A DNA stretch of 64,000 nt, from positions 141,174,001-141,238,000 of the forward strand of contig OZ038378.1 of the NCBI GenBank assembly GCA_964036045.1, given 5' to 3'. This stretch comes from Eutreptiella sp. 'Long Island Sound 2002' (Eukaryota > Protista > Euglenida). Of this stretch, positions 1 through 11,599 are shown piece by piece. Made by a program: the position numbers and the translations under genes. The notes under the pieces were generated by a model that did no database searches, had not been told where the DNA came from, and saw only the letters and a program-made list of their open reading frames with translations. How positions within the stretch are numbered: the first letter of the stretch is position 1; the number at the start of each line of letters is the position of its first letter.

Positions 1-463
1 CACTGTGAAGTTGATGCCCTCCCCGATGATGAACACCTCCGGCTCCCAACGTCTCACCTCCGGCACCCATACCGTTGAGGCTAGCACTCGCACTTTGTAC
101 ACCTGGTCTGGTGCCAATAAGTACATGTTGCTTCCTGCCTCGGGGTAGTCGGAGAACCACCCTCTCCTCCTTTTCTCAGCGAGGATCCGGTCCGCTTGGA
201 TGGCACGGACGTGGTGCGTGTGCCACCGGAACTTCTCATGGAACAAGAGGCGGCGGGTCCGTTGCGGTCCCGACCCCGGTGGCGGTGCGCCCTTCGGTGT
301 ACCCTCACCGTGGCTAGCCCCCATTCCACTCGCATGTTCGGAACGACCGGGCCTTTTGCTTCCCCACAAGAAAGACCAAAAACCCTCTCCATCGCCCTCC
401 GTTTCTGGGTTTTTGGCACTTGGTGGCGCTTCCTCCGGGGCTGTTTGCCCCGCCGAACTTGTG
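1..463 (-). CDS. Stop-free reading frame running off the left edge; unassigned exon or TE-derived coding sequence
   Basis: Manual translation gives TSSAGQTAPEEAPPSAKNPETEGDGEGFWSFLWGSKRPG...RRLLFHEKFRWHTHHVRAIQADRILAEKRRRGWFSDYPEAGSNMYLLAPDQVYKVRVLASTVWVPEVRRWEPEVFIIGEGINFTV with no stop. It is preceded by a TTTCTGCAACAG acceptor-like site. Not in the ORF track, presumably because it lacks a stop inside the window. Confidence 0.35.
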
Positions 464-836
464 CTGTTGCAGAAATTGGGGGGTGGGGGGGGGTGGGGGG
501 GTGGGCACAGAGCAAAGCAGAGCTGCACACACACGGCGGCGGCGCACGCCTGACAACACCCGGGGGACGGGGAGCGTGGGTTGCAGGCCCCCCCAAAAGG
601 GGGCCTCCCCCGGTCGTGCGTCCTGTAGCGCTCGAGGGGACCGGGAGGCGCCGGCAGTAAAACGGCATGAAAGGCCCCGCTGCTTCGCGTCCGCCTGCGC
701 ACTGCCTACCCCCCTCTGTGGGGGGCGGGGGGGGGGGGGGCGGGGGTGCCCCATTTCCATCAAACGTCAGGCAGCCCAAAAGGGTCTGGGAGGGCCTCGG
801 CACGGGGGCCCGTGCGGTTACGCCAACATACGTCAC

Positions 837-866
837 CTCAAAACGATCCACAGGACGCGCCGATCG
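837..866 (-). CDS. Candidate 30-nt phase-0 micro-exon (RSARPVDRFE) of the EF-hand/WD40 gene
   Basis: Flanked by AAG| and GAG|GTGACG. Length is a multiple of 3 and it continues in frame after ...VINVYE. The acceptor is weak. Confidence 0.3.
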
Positions 867-1282
867 CTTGAAGGGGGGGCTGGGGGACCCCCCCCCCCCG
901 ACACTACGGCCCTGACTCTACCCCAAAGGCATTCCCCTACCCCAACACCATCCCCATCCGCATTTCCAACCGTCAGTAACCGCCCCCCAACCGCTTTTAT
1001 ATCCCCCTGTCGCCACTCTGCACTCGCCCTGGAATTGCCCTGATTGCCCCTCTCCCCTTCACACAAAGCCCCGCCCCCCGCCCACCTCCTTTTGGGGCTC
1101 CACCCCCCCCCCCCCGCGAGGCATCGGCTGCGGAGCAACAACAGTCAGAACGAAAAGCCCTTCAGTGACACTGCCAGACGCGCCTTGCGCAGAAAAAACC
1201 AACAAGTAGACACTCAGCAAGGCCTCCCCCTCCACCGCCCCCCCCCCTCTCTGCGCTGCTGCCGTGCAAAAACGCATTTTTC

Positions 1283-1497
1283 CAAAAGTGCTCCCGGACC
1301 ATTTGGGATGGGATGCTCAAACAAGTTTTTTTAGCCCGTTTTGAGCCCGAGGTCACGCGGTTTGGCCCATGGAAAATGCCAAAATGCCTTGAAAATGGTC
1401 CGTTTTTTGGACCAAACATGGGTCAAAAATGGTGAAAAATGTGTTTTCAAAAAGTGATCCTGCACCGTTCGGGAAGCTCAAACAAGTGTTTTTAGTC
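1283..1497. repeat. Dispersed MITE-like repeat with internal duplication; related inverted copy at ~23495-23600
   Basis: aaaagtg..cc...acc.tt.gg...gctcaaacaagt.ttt occurs twice. ttgaaaatggtccgttttttggaccaaacatgggtcaaaaa resembles the reverse complement of ~23530-23570. Confidence 0.55.
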
Positions 1498-1539
1498 CTT
1501 CGCACTCCGACCCCCTCCACCCCCGCGGGGGGAGCACAC

Positions 1540-1731
1540 CTCGTACACATTGATGACCCGGTCCATCGAGGCCACGGCCAAGGCATTGCCCTTGTTGAGC
1601 CAGCACATGCCGGCGATGACGGACCGGCCGTTCTCCACGGTCTTCCAGTGGGCCGTCGACTCGCCCTTCCACGTCTTCACGCACCCGTCCGACGCGGCGG
1701 TGCAGTAGAAGTCGTCATCGTGACGCAGCAC
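1540..1731 (-). CDS. EF-hand + WD40 repeat protein, exon 3 (WD40 repeats)
   Basis: CAG|GTG...GAG|GTGTGC, 192 nt. VLRHDDDFYCTAASDGCVKTWKGESTAHWKTVENGRSVIAGMCWLNKGNALAVASMDRVINVYE contains two WD40-type S-x-D-x-x-V/I-x-x-W/Y motifs. Confidence 0.9.
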
Positions 1732-2204
1732 CTGCGGGAGAGGGCAGGGGGAGGGGGCCCGGGGGGAACAAGGGGGAGGTAGCGGGGGAATGCGGGCCCG
1801 CCCAGTGACGCCCTGTCGATGGCCAGGCCACTGGAGCAGGGCATTGCTCAGCCCCACAAAGCCCAGCGGGTCATCGGGGATGCGACCCACCATTACGCTA
1901 TTGCCGGGGAGGGGGGCGTTGTGCGGGGATTGTTTCGCCGGGGACGTTCCGTAGGGGGAACATTCCACCGCCCTTGGGAAACCCAAAGCGCCACCCGCAC
2001 GTGCAATCCCATGCTCCGTTCGGAGTGAGAAATACTGGCAAATCAAGTTGCCACTGAAAGCAGCATTAGAGGACCCGCTGTTCCAAACACTTGCCCAACA
2101 ACTATGGACCCACAGTATGCAGTGCTATCGGCATCCTCACTGCCCTGGCGACACCCCTAAATATCGCCGAGGGCAAGCACAAATGCAGGAAGAAGAAATG
2201 GTCA

Positions 2205-2600
2205 CAACAACAACAACAACAACAACAGAAAAACGACAAAAAGAAGACGAACAACACTGGACAATGGCAACCACAAGAAGAACGACAAAAGCAGCAGCAG
2301 CAGCATGAGCAGCAACACTAAATCAACAACAACAACAACCACAACAACAACAACAACCACAACAACAACAACAACCACAACAACAACAACAACAACCACC
2401 ACCACAACAACAACAACAACAACAACAACCACAACAACAACAACAACAACAATGAAAGCGGCAGCAACCCCTACCAAAACAACAATGGCACCAGCATCGA
2501 GGCAACAACAGAAAAAACGACAACAGCGGGAACATAGACAACAACATAAGCAACATCAATGACAACCGCCATCGCACCATTGTCAACAACAACAGTGCTC
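2205..2600. repeat. (ACA)n / (CAG)n microsatellite in intron 2 of the WD40 gene
   Basis: Long acaacaacc runs seen directly. Confidence 0.95.
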
Positions 2601-3187
2601 AAGTCTCTGGGGAAGGGTAAAGATTTTTCTCTGCTAAAAGGAACTACCCCAACATGCATGAATCAAAATGATCCGCGCGGCGCTCATGGATTTGACATAT
2701 CAACCCGCACCCCGAGTCGGCAAACCTGGCGGTCAACGAGTCGGCGAGCGAGTGGCGACGCGTTGCACCCGACTTGGAGGGCGGGATCAAAATTTTGGTG
2801 GCTGGCACAAAACAAGGTCTGCTACGCGGTGTTAGCCGCGCAGTTATCATTCCATTTTGCAGGGCACTCCTCAATCAGTGCTGCACCCACACTTTCGGTT
2901 TTTGGCAACTTCAACGAATTTCGCCGACTCGTTGGGCCCCTTGCCGACTCGGGGGGGGGGGGGTGACATATGTACACGGTATCCCGGACCCCGGCCGGTG
3001 GAATCCCTCGCAGCCGGCGGCCGGACCTGCCCTGCCCGCCCAACCCCCTCCCCCACAGGGCCCAAAAAATTCGGACAGTAGTGGGTGCGGGTTCTGCGTC
3101 TAAGTGCCCCTGTGGGAACGGCAAGGGGGAAGACGCGGGTTGACGAGAACCAAAAAACGGCGGTCATGGACCACAGGTCACGAATAC

Positions 3188-3430
3188 CTGCAGCACTTCG
3201 CCACGATGGTGCAGCAGGGGGCCCTCACGCTTGAACTTCACCTTCGTGTACTCTTTGCGCGTGATGTTTTCGGTTGGGTGCCGTGTCTCCTGATGCACCA
3301 CGATGTAGTCCGAGAACTCGTCCCAGCTCATGATGCCGTTGTTGTTGTAATCCATGCGACGGAACCACATGCGAATCTTGTCCGCTGCGATTGTGCCACT
3401 CATAATAGTGGAGATCAAGTCCACAAAATC
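3188..3430 (-). CDS. EF-hand + WD40 repeat protein, exon 2 (EF-hand)
   Basis: TAG|GAT...CAG|GTATTC, 243 nt. DFVDLISTIMSGTIAADKIRMWFRRMDYNNNGIMSWDEFSDYIVV contains an EF-hand loop DYNNNGIMSWDE. Confidence 0.9.
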
Positions 3431-3549
3431 CTAGGAGAAGCGAAAATTGCACAAAACGCAAGTCGTGAAGATGACGTGCGTGAAAGGGGATACGAATTGC
3501 AGTATACACGACGTCACGTCGACACTTGATGAAAATGTGTGGCACGTGG

Positions 3550-3692
3550 TGTAATGTGTTGTGTTGTGTTGTGTGGTGTGGTGTTGTGTGATGTGGTGTG
3601 GTGTTGTGTTGTGTTGTGTTGTGTTGTGTTGTGTTGTGTTGTGTTGTGTTGTGCTGTGTTGTGTTGTGTTGTGTTGTGTTGTGTTGTGTTGT
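3550..3692. repeat. (GTGTT/GTGTG)n pentamer microsatellite
   Basis: Direct reading. Confidence 0.95.
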
Positions 3693-3994
3693 GCCGAAGG
3701 CGCTATTACCAAATGGCAAAGGCCGGGATGTCTACCCACGGGTACAGGTAAACGGGCTGGGCTGTGTGTGTTGTGTGCGCGCTGTGTGTAAGTGTGTTGT
3801 GGCATAGCCGGACCAGTGCACTCTCGCACTTGGCCGACACTGCCTTGCCGACGCCTGCGCGCAGTCACACAGGGTCTCATGGGCCCACTGCACCCTGCGT
3901 GCCGCGCTGCACCATCAGTGCTTTTTGTGTGGTGCCGCACTGCTTGGTGCTGTGCACTACACTGCACTGTGTGTGCCCTGCTGCACGGTTGTTG

Positions 3995-6275
3995 TGGGCA
4001 GAGGGCAGTGGGCAGTGTAACGCACTGCCACGCCGCCTGGGGGCTGTGGGCAGTGGAAATCCTGCTTCACACTGCCGCATTGCCTGAGGGCAGTGGGGAG
4101 TGGTACTCCTGCCATTCTCTGCCTCCCTGCCTTGGGGCAGTGGGCCGGGCATCTCCTGCAATACACTGCCGCCGTGCCTGGGGCAGTGGTCAGTGGAACT
4201 CCTGCGACACACTGCGCCACGGCCCGGGGGCAGGGGGCAGTGGATCTCCTGCAATGCACTGCCATCACTGCCTAGGGGCAGTGGACAGTGCAACTCCCGC
4301 AATACACTGCCCCACTGCCTGGGGGCGGTGGGCAGTGGAACTCCTGCAATACACTACCGCACTGCCTGGGGGCAGTGGACAGTGGACCTTCTGCAACGCA
4401 CTGCCCCACTGCCTGGGGGCAGTGGGCAGTGGACCTCCTGCAATGCACTGCCTCACTGCCTGGGGGGCAGTGGGCAGTGCTACTCCTGCAACACACTGCC
4501 CCACTGCCTGGGGGCAGTGGGCAGTGGAACTCCTGCAATGCACTGCCTCACTGCCTAGGGGCAGTGGACAGTGCAACTCCCGCAATACACTGCCCCACTG
4601 CCTGGGGGCAGTGGGCAGTGGAACTCCTGCAATACACCGCCGCACTGCCTGGGGGCAGCGGGCAGTGGAACTCCCGCAATACACTGCCTCACTGCCTGGG
4701 GGCAGTGGACAGTGGACCTTCTGCAACGCACTGCCCCACTGCCTGGGGGCAGTGGGCAGTGGACCTCCTGCAATGCACTGCCTCACTGCCTGGGGGGCAG
4801 TGGGCAGTGCTACTCCTGCAACACACTGCCCCACTGCCTGGGGGCAGTGGGCAGTGGAACTCCTGCAATACACTGCCGCACTGCCTGGGGGCAGTGGGCA
4901 GTCGAATCCCCGCAATGCACTGCCTCACTGCCCTGGGAGCAGCGGGCAGTGCAACTCCTGCAATGCACTGCCTCACTGCCTGGGGGCAGTGGGCAGTGCT
5001 ACTCCTGCAATACACTGCCGCACTGCCTGGGGGCAGTGGGCTGTGCAACTCCTGCAACGCACTGCCTCACTGCCTGGGGGCAGTGGGCAGTGGATCCCCC
5101 GCAATGCACTGCCCCACTGCCCTGGGGGCAGTGGGCAGCGGACCCCCTGCAATACACTGCCGCACTGCCCGGGGGCAGTGGGCAGTGCAACTCCTGCAAT
5201 GCACTGACTGCCTCACTGCCTGGGGCAGTGGACAGTGCAACTTCTGCAATGCACTGCCTCACTGCCCGGGGGCAGCGGGCAGTGCACCTCCTGCAATGCA
5301 CTGCCTCACTGCCCTGGGGCAGTGGGCAGTGCAAGTCCTGCAATGCACTGACTGCCTCACTGCCTGGGGGCAGTGGACAGTGCAACTCCTGCAATGCACT
5401 GCCTCACTGTCTGGGGGCAGTGGGCAGTGGAACTCCTGCAATGCACTGCCTCACTGCCCTTGGGCAGTAGGCAGTGCAACTCCTGCAATGCACTGCCTCA
5501 CTGCCTGGGGGCAGTGGACAGTGCAACTCCTGCAATGCACTGCCTCACTGCCCTTGGGCAGTAGGCAGTGCAACTCCTGCAATGCACTGCCTCACTGCCT
5601 GGGGGCAGTGGACAGTGCAACTCCTGCAATGCACTGCCTCACTGCCCTTGGGCAGTAGGCAGTGCAACTCCTGCAATGCACTGCCTCACTGCCTGGGGGC
5701 AGTGGACAGTGCAACTCCTGCAATGCACTGCCTCACTGCCCTGGGGCAGTGGGCAGTGGAACTCCTGCAATGCACTGCCTCACTGCCTGGGGGCAGTGGG
5801 CAGTGCAACTCCTGCAATGCACTGCCTCACTGCCCTCGGGGCAGTGGGCAGTGCAGCTCCTGCAATGCTCTGCCTCACTGGCTGGGGGCAGTGGGCAGTG
5901 CAACTTCTGCAATGCACTGCCTCACTGCCTGGGGGCAGTGGACAGTGGAACCCCTGCAATGCACTGCCTCACTGCCCTGGGGCAGTGGGCAGTGGAACTC
6001 CTGCAATGCACTGCCTCACTGCCTAGGGGCAGTGGGCAGTGCAACTCCTGCAATGCACTGCCTGACTGCCCTGGGGCAGTGGGCAGTGCAACTCCTGCAA
6101 TGCACTGCCCCACTGCCTGGGGGCAGTGGACAGTGCAACTCCTGCACTACACTGCCTCACTGCCCTGGGGCAGTGGGCAGTGCAACTCCTGCAATGCACT
6201 ACCTCTCTGCCTGGGGGCAGTGGGCAGTGGAACTCTTGCAATGCACTGCCTCACTGCCTGGGGGCAGTGGGCAGC
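3995..6275. repeat. 47-bp tandem satellite (~48 units), each unit an imperfect hairpin
   Basis: Consensus gggggcagtgggcagtgcaactcctgcaatgcactgcctcactgcct. The Cys/Ala-rich ORFs here are repeat artefacts. Confidence 0.95.
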
Positions 6276-6282
6276 GGTCAGT

Positions 6283-9115
6283 GGTCGGAGTGTCCTGCAG
6301 GGCCTGTGGGGATGTAGAACCGGGTACACCAGCCTGGGGGGACGGGGAGTCCTGCCCAGGGGGCGGTCGGAGTGTCCTGTAGGGCCTGCGGGGAGGTAGA
6401 ATCGGGCACACCGGCCTGGGGGGATGGGGAGTCCTACCCAGGGGGTGGTCGGAGTGTCTTGCTGGGCCTGTGGGGACGTAGAACCGGGCACACCGGCCTG
6501 GGGGGACGGGGAGTCCAGCCCAGGGGGTGGTCGGAGTGTCTTGCTGGGCCCGTGGGGAGGTAGATTCGGGCACACCGCCCCGGGGGGACGGGGAGTCCTG
6601 CCCAGGGGGTGGTCGGAGCGTCCTGTAGGGCCGGTGGGGACGTAGAACCGGGCACACCGGCCTGGGGGGATGGGGAGTCCAGCCCAGGGGGTGGTCGGAG
6701 TTTCCTGCAGGGCCTGCGGGGATGGACAACCGGGCCCACCGGCCTGGGGGGATGGGGAGTCCTGCCCAGGGGGTGGTCGGAGCGTGCTGCAGGGCCTGTG
6801 GGGACGTAGAACCGGGCACACCGGCCTGGGGGGATGGGGAGTCCCGCCCAGGGGGTGGTCGGAGTTTCCTGCAGGGCCTGCGGGGATGGACAACCGGGCG
6901 CACCGGCCTGGGGGGATGGGAAGTCCTGCCCAGGGGGTGGGCGGAGCGTCCTGCAGGGCCTGTGGGGGCGTAGAACCGGGCACACCGGCCTGGGGGGATG
7001 GGGAGTCCCGCCCAGGGGGTGGTCGGAGTTTCCCGCAGGGCCTGCGGGGATGGACAACCGGGCCCACCGGCCTGGGGGGATGGGGAGTTCTGCCCAGGGG
7101 GTGGTCGGAGCGTCCTGCAGGGCCTGTGGGGGCGTAGAACCGGGCACACCGGCCTGGGGGGGTGGGGAGTCCCGCCCAGGGGGTGGTCGGAGTTTCCCGC
7201 AGGGCCTGCGGGGATGGACAACCGGGCCCACCGGCCTGGGGGGATGGGGAGTCCTGCCCAGGGGGTGGTCGGAGTGTCCTGCAGGGCCTGTGGGGACGTA
7301 GAAACGGTCACACCGGCCTGGGGGGATGGGGAGTCCCGCCTAGGGGGTGGTCGGAGTTTCCTGCAGGGCCTGCGGGGATGGACAACCGGGCGCACCGGCC
7401 TGGGGGGATGGGGAGTCCTGCCCAGGGGGTGGTCGGAGCGTCCTGCAGGGCCTGTGGGGACGTAGAACCGGGCACACCGGCCTTGGGGGATGGGGAGTCC
7501 AGCCCAGGGGGTGGTCGGAGTTTCCTGCAGGGCCTGCGGGGACGTAGAACCGGGCACACCGGCCTGGGGGGATGGGGAGTCCTGCCCAGGGGGTGGTCGG
7601 AGTTTCCTGCAGGGCCTGCGGGGATGGACAACCGGGCGCAGCGGCCCAGGGGGATGTGGAGTCCTGCCCAGGGGTGGTCGGAGCGTCCTGTAGGGCCGGT
7701 GGGGACGTAGAACCGGGCACACCGGCCTGGGGGGATGGGGAGTCCAGCCCAGGGGGTGGTCGGAGTTTCCTGCAGGGCCTGCGGGGATGGACAACCGGGC
7801 CCACCGGCCTGGGGGGACGGGGAGTCCTGCCCAGGGGGTGGGCGGATCGTCCTGCAGGGCCTGTGGGGATGTAGAACCGGGCACGCCGGCCTGGGGGGAC
7901 GGGGAGTCCAGCCCAGCGGGTGGTCGGAGTTTCCCGCAGGGCCTGCGGGGATGGACAACCAGGCCCACCGGCCTTGGGGGATGGGGAGTCCTGCCCAGGG
8001 GGTGGTCGGAGCGTCCTGCAGGGCCTGTGGGGACGTAGAACCGGGCACACCGGCCTGGGGGGATGGGGAGTCCCGCCCAGGGGGGTGGTCGGAGTTTCCT
8101 GCAGGGCCTGCGGGGATGGACAACCGGGCGCACCGGCCCGGGGGGATGGGGAGTCCTGCCCAGGGGGTGGTCGGAGTTTCCTGCAGGGCCTGCGGGGATG
8201 GACAACCGGGCACACCGGCCTGGGGGGATGGGGGGTCCTGCCCAGGGGGTGGTCGGAGCGTCCTGCAGGGCCTGTGGGGATGTAGAACCGGGCACGCCGG
8301 CCTGGGGGGATGGGGAGTCCCGCCTAGGGGGTGGTCGGAGTTTCCTGCAGGGCCTGCGGGGATGGACAACCGGGCGCTTCGGCCTGGGGGGATGGGGAGT
8401 CCTGCCCAGGGGGTGGTCGGAGCGTCCTGCAGGGCCTGTGGGGACGTAGAACCGGGCACACCGGCCTTGGGGGATGGGGAGTCCAGCCCAGGGGGTGCCC
8501 GGAGTTTCCTGCAGGGCCTGCGGGGACGTAGAACCGGGCACACCGGCCTGGGGGGATGGGGAGTCCTGCCCAGGGGGTGGTCGGAGTTTCCTGCAGGGCC
8601 TGCGGGGATGGACAACCGGGCGCAGCGGCCCGGGGGGATGGGGAGTCCTGCCCAGGGGGTGGGCGGAGCGTCCTGTAGGGCCGGTGGGGACGTAGAACCG
8701 GGCACACCGGCCTGGGGGGATGGGGAGTCCAGCCCAGGGGGTGGTCGGAGTTTTCTGCAGGGCCTGCGGGGATGGACAACCGGGCCCACCGGCCTGGGGG
8801 GATGGGGAGTCCTGCCCAGGGGGTGGTCGGAGCGTGCTGCAGGGCCTGTGGGGACGTAGAACCGGGCACACCGGCCTGGGGGGATGGGGAGTCCAGCCCA
8901 GGGGGTGGTCGGAGTTTCCTGCAGGGCCTGCGGGGATGGACAACCGGGCCCACCGGCCTGGGGGGATGGGGAGTCCTGCCCAGGGGGTGGTCGGAGCGTC
9001 CTGCAGGGCCTGTGGGGGCGTAGAACCGGGCACACCGGCCTGGGGGGATGGGGAGTCCAGCCCAGGGGGTGGTCGGAGTTTCCTGCAGGGCCTGCGGGGA
9101 TGGACAACCGGGCCC
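6283..9115. repeat. 82-bp G-rich tandem satellite (~34 units) with A/B 164-bp higher-order pattern
   Basis: Units alternate between gtcggagcgtcctgcagggcctgtggggacgtagaacc... and gtcggagtttcctgcagggcctgcggggatggacaacc..., sharing accggcctggggggatggggagtcc.gcccagggggtg. Confidence 0.95.
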
Positions 9116-9121
9116 TGGCAC

Positions 9122-9865
9122 TGTGTTGTGTTGTGTTGTGTTGTGTTGTGTTGTGTTGTGTTGTGTTGTGTTGTGTTGTGTTGTGTTGTGTTGTGTTGTG
9201 TTGTGTTGTGTTGTGTGGTGTTGTGTTGTGTTGTGGTGTGTTGTGTTGTGTTGTGTTGTGCTGTGTTGTGTGGTGTGGTGTTGTGTTGTGTTGTGTGGTG
9301 TTGTGTTGTGTTGTGTTGTGTTGTGTTGTGCTGTGTTGTGTTGTGTTGTGTTGTGTTGTGTTGTGTTGTGTTGTGTTGTGTGGTGTTGTGTGGTGTTGTG
9401 TGGTGTGTGGTGTGGTGTGGTGTGGTGTGGTGTGGTGTTGTGTTGTGTTGTGTTGTGTTGCGTTGTGTGGTGTGGTGTGGTGTGTGGTGTGGTGTGGTGT
9501 GGTGTTGTGTTGTGTTGTGTTGTGTTGTGTTGTGTTGTGTTGTGTTGTGTTGTGTTGTGTGGTGTGGTGTGGTGTGGTGTGGTGTGGTGTGGTGTGGTGT
9601 GGTGTTGTGTTGTGTTGTGTTGTGTTGTGTTGTGTTGTGTTGTGTTGTGTTGTGTTGTGTTGTGTTGTGTTGTGTTGTGTTGTGTTGTGTTGTGTTGTGT
9701 TGTGTTGTGTTGTGTTGTGTTGTGTTGTGTTGTGTTGTGTTGTGTTGTGTTGTGTTGTGTTGTGTTGTGTTGTGTTGTGTCGCGTTGTGTTGCGTTGTGT
9801 TGCGTTGTGTTGTGTTGTGTTGTGTTGTGTTGTGTTGTGTTGTGTTGTGTTGTGTTGTGTTGTGT
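9122..9865. repeat. (GTGTT/GTGTG)n pentamer microsatellite, ~745 bp
   Basis: Direct reading. Confidence 0.97.
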
Positions 9866-10130
9866 GCATTCCGTTTTGTTCAAACCAAAATGTGTGGCAG
9901 GTGTTGCAAAAAGTATGGCGCAATAAATGACCAGCAGCAACAGCAACAGCAACAGCAACAAGGACCACAGTAGCAACCACCACCACGACATCATCAACAA
10001 CAAAAGGAAACACCAAAAATGTGTGACATGTGATACAGAGCTATGAAAAGGGGTGGCACATGATGTGAAATGCGTGGCACGTGATGTGATTTGCTTGGGA
10101 CGCAGTGGGGGCGCCATATCAGGCTAGTAC

Positions 10131-10301
10131 CTCTTCATTCATCTGCTTGTCGGGCTGCTGCATCACTGGATTATCAAACCCCTCTTTGATTTCAGGTAAG
10201 TGCGTCATGACCCTCCACATTTCCTCCATGGTGATTTCTCTGGACTCGTGCTCCACCAAGCCTGCCTCCTCTTCACCTGCTTTGCCAGCCTCATCTCCCA
10301 T
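10131..10301 (-). CDS. EF-hand + WD40 repeat protein, probable first coding exon
   Basis: ATG at 10301, donor GAG|GTACTA, 171 nt: MGDEAGKAGEEEAGLVEHESREITMEEMWRVMTHLPEIKEGFDNPVMQQPDKQMNEE. It joins in frame to DFVDL, giving a first EF-hand-like helix pair. N-terminal EF-hands followed by WD40 resembles the WDR49/EFCAB8-type architecture (recognition only). Confidence 0.8.
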
Positions 10302-11599
10302 TTCGGCGATGCTTCGTTTCGCCGCGCCCGTCCTGCCCTCAGCAGCTATCACGGGACCGTTTACCGGGCAAACAAATCACCAGTGGAGCCGGTATGCCAG
10401 CGAGAAGAGACGATGTTGTCGACTCTTAGCACTCTTAGCGCAGCGCAAATATCCATGTACCCAACAGCCATGCGCATAACTAAAAACCAGGGAAATGCAG
10501 AGAGGGCGTTGCATTGCACTCTCAGTGTGCACGTAACCTCTGCAAGACTGACTTGATTAGTACGAGGAGGTGGTGGAGGAGTGGCTTGGCAGACGGCCGT
10601 GCAACCACCGCGTACACGCCCACGAAACGGCGAGGCCACAATAGCACATGGCGTACAAAGACCCACACAGTGCTGCGTGCAAGACGGTTCTCTGGACCAC
10701 AGGTGTCAGCATCTGGAATAGTCTGAAGCACTCTTGACACTGGCACTTGCCAACGTCCCTTCTTTCACTGCTGTGAACTTTCCGTGAAGAGCTCGCGAGG
10801 ACCTTTGAAAAGACCGAGAACAAGAAGCAAAGACCCCCAAAACACTCGAAACCATCCTCCCATAGTACACACCGTCAGGATTCTTGATAGAAAGGTAGGA
10901 CACTGGGCGAGCGCCGGGCAAACGCTCCTTCAGTACTACAATGTTCTCTATGCCAAAATCATTGAACCCACCCCTCATCGCTAAAAGACCCGCTGGGCTC
11001 TTCTGTGATGAGATCCCCCACCCCCAGAAACCTCCATACCGCGCACACTTGCTACCCCTACTCATAACCCCCATCTTCCGGTCCCAACTCTCACAGAACG
11101 TACTTCCTGACCCCCCCCCAAAAAAAACCCGCACCTTATGCGGGCGCTGTGTGTGGTGTGCACACGCTATGTGGGAGCATAGGGTGCGCCATAAGTGCGT
11201 GGTGGTGCATCAGTCTCCCAGCTTTACCCTCCCTTCGAGAATTCCCCCAAGCGGACCAAGATCAACCCCAAACCCTTCCCTGTAGAGCACGCAACATGAG
11301 ATCAAATCTGTGAATTCCACTTGCACATGTGACATGTATTACAGTTTTGGATCACAGTTTTGGATATTCTGAATACTTTCTAGCAGCTCTCTGTTCTCGA
11401 CTTGTCCACCATCACGCAAGAGCCATCTCCGTCTGCAAATCCCTGCACCATAGCTGCGTTTGCTTCTACCGCCTGTGCATTTGAACATAAGACTTGCAGA
11501 AAGACATCCCTTGGAGGGCAGTTGAGAGCATGCAAAACGACTTACTTGATATTCGCCCTTACACAGCGATGTCAAAAAGTGCTGGACCAGATTAGAGGG

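Noticed and set aside
3995-9115. Possible CRISPR-like repeat-spacer array
   Set aside because: Units are contiguous with no unique spacers, there are no cas-like genes, and the context is eukaryotic.
3792-10117. Long ORFs (up to 944 aa; Cys/Ala-, Pro/Gly- or HNTTQ-rich)
   Set aside because: They are translations of the 47-bp, 82-bp and pentamer tandem repeats, open in several frames on both strands, and lie inside an intron.
10700-11135. Chromodomain-like IENIV...YLSIK fragment
   Set aside because: Lacks the conserved aromatic/KW residues; similarity too weak.
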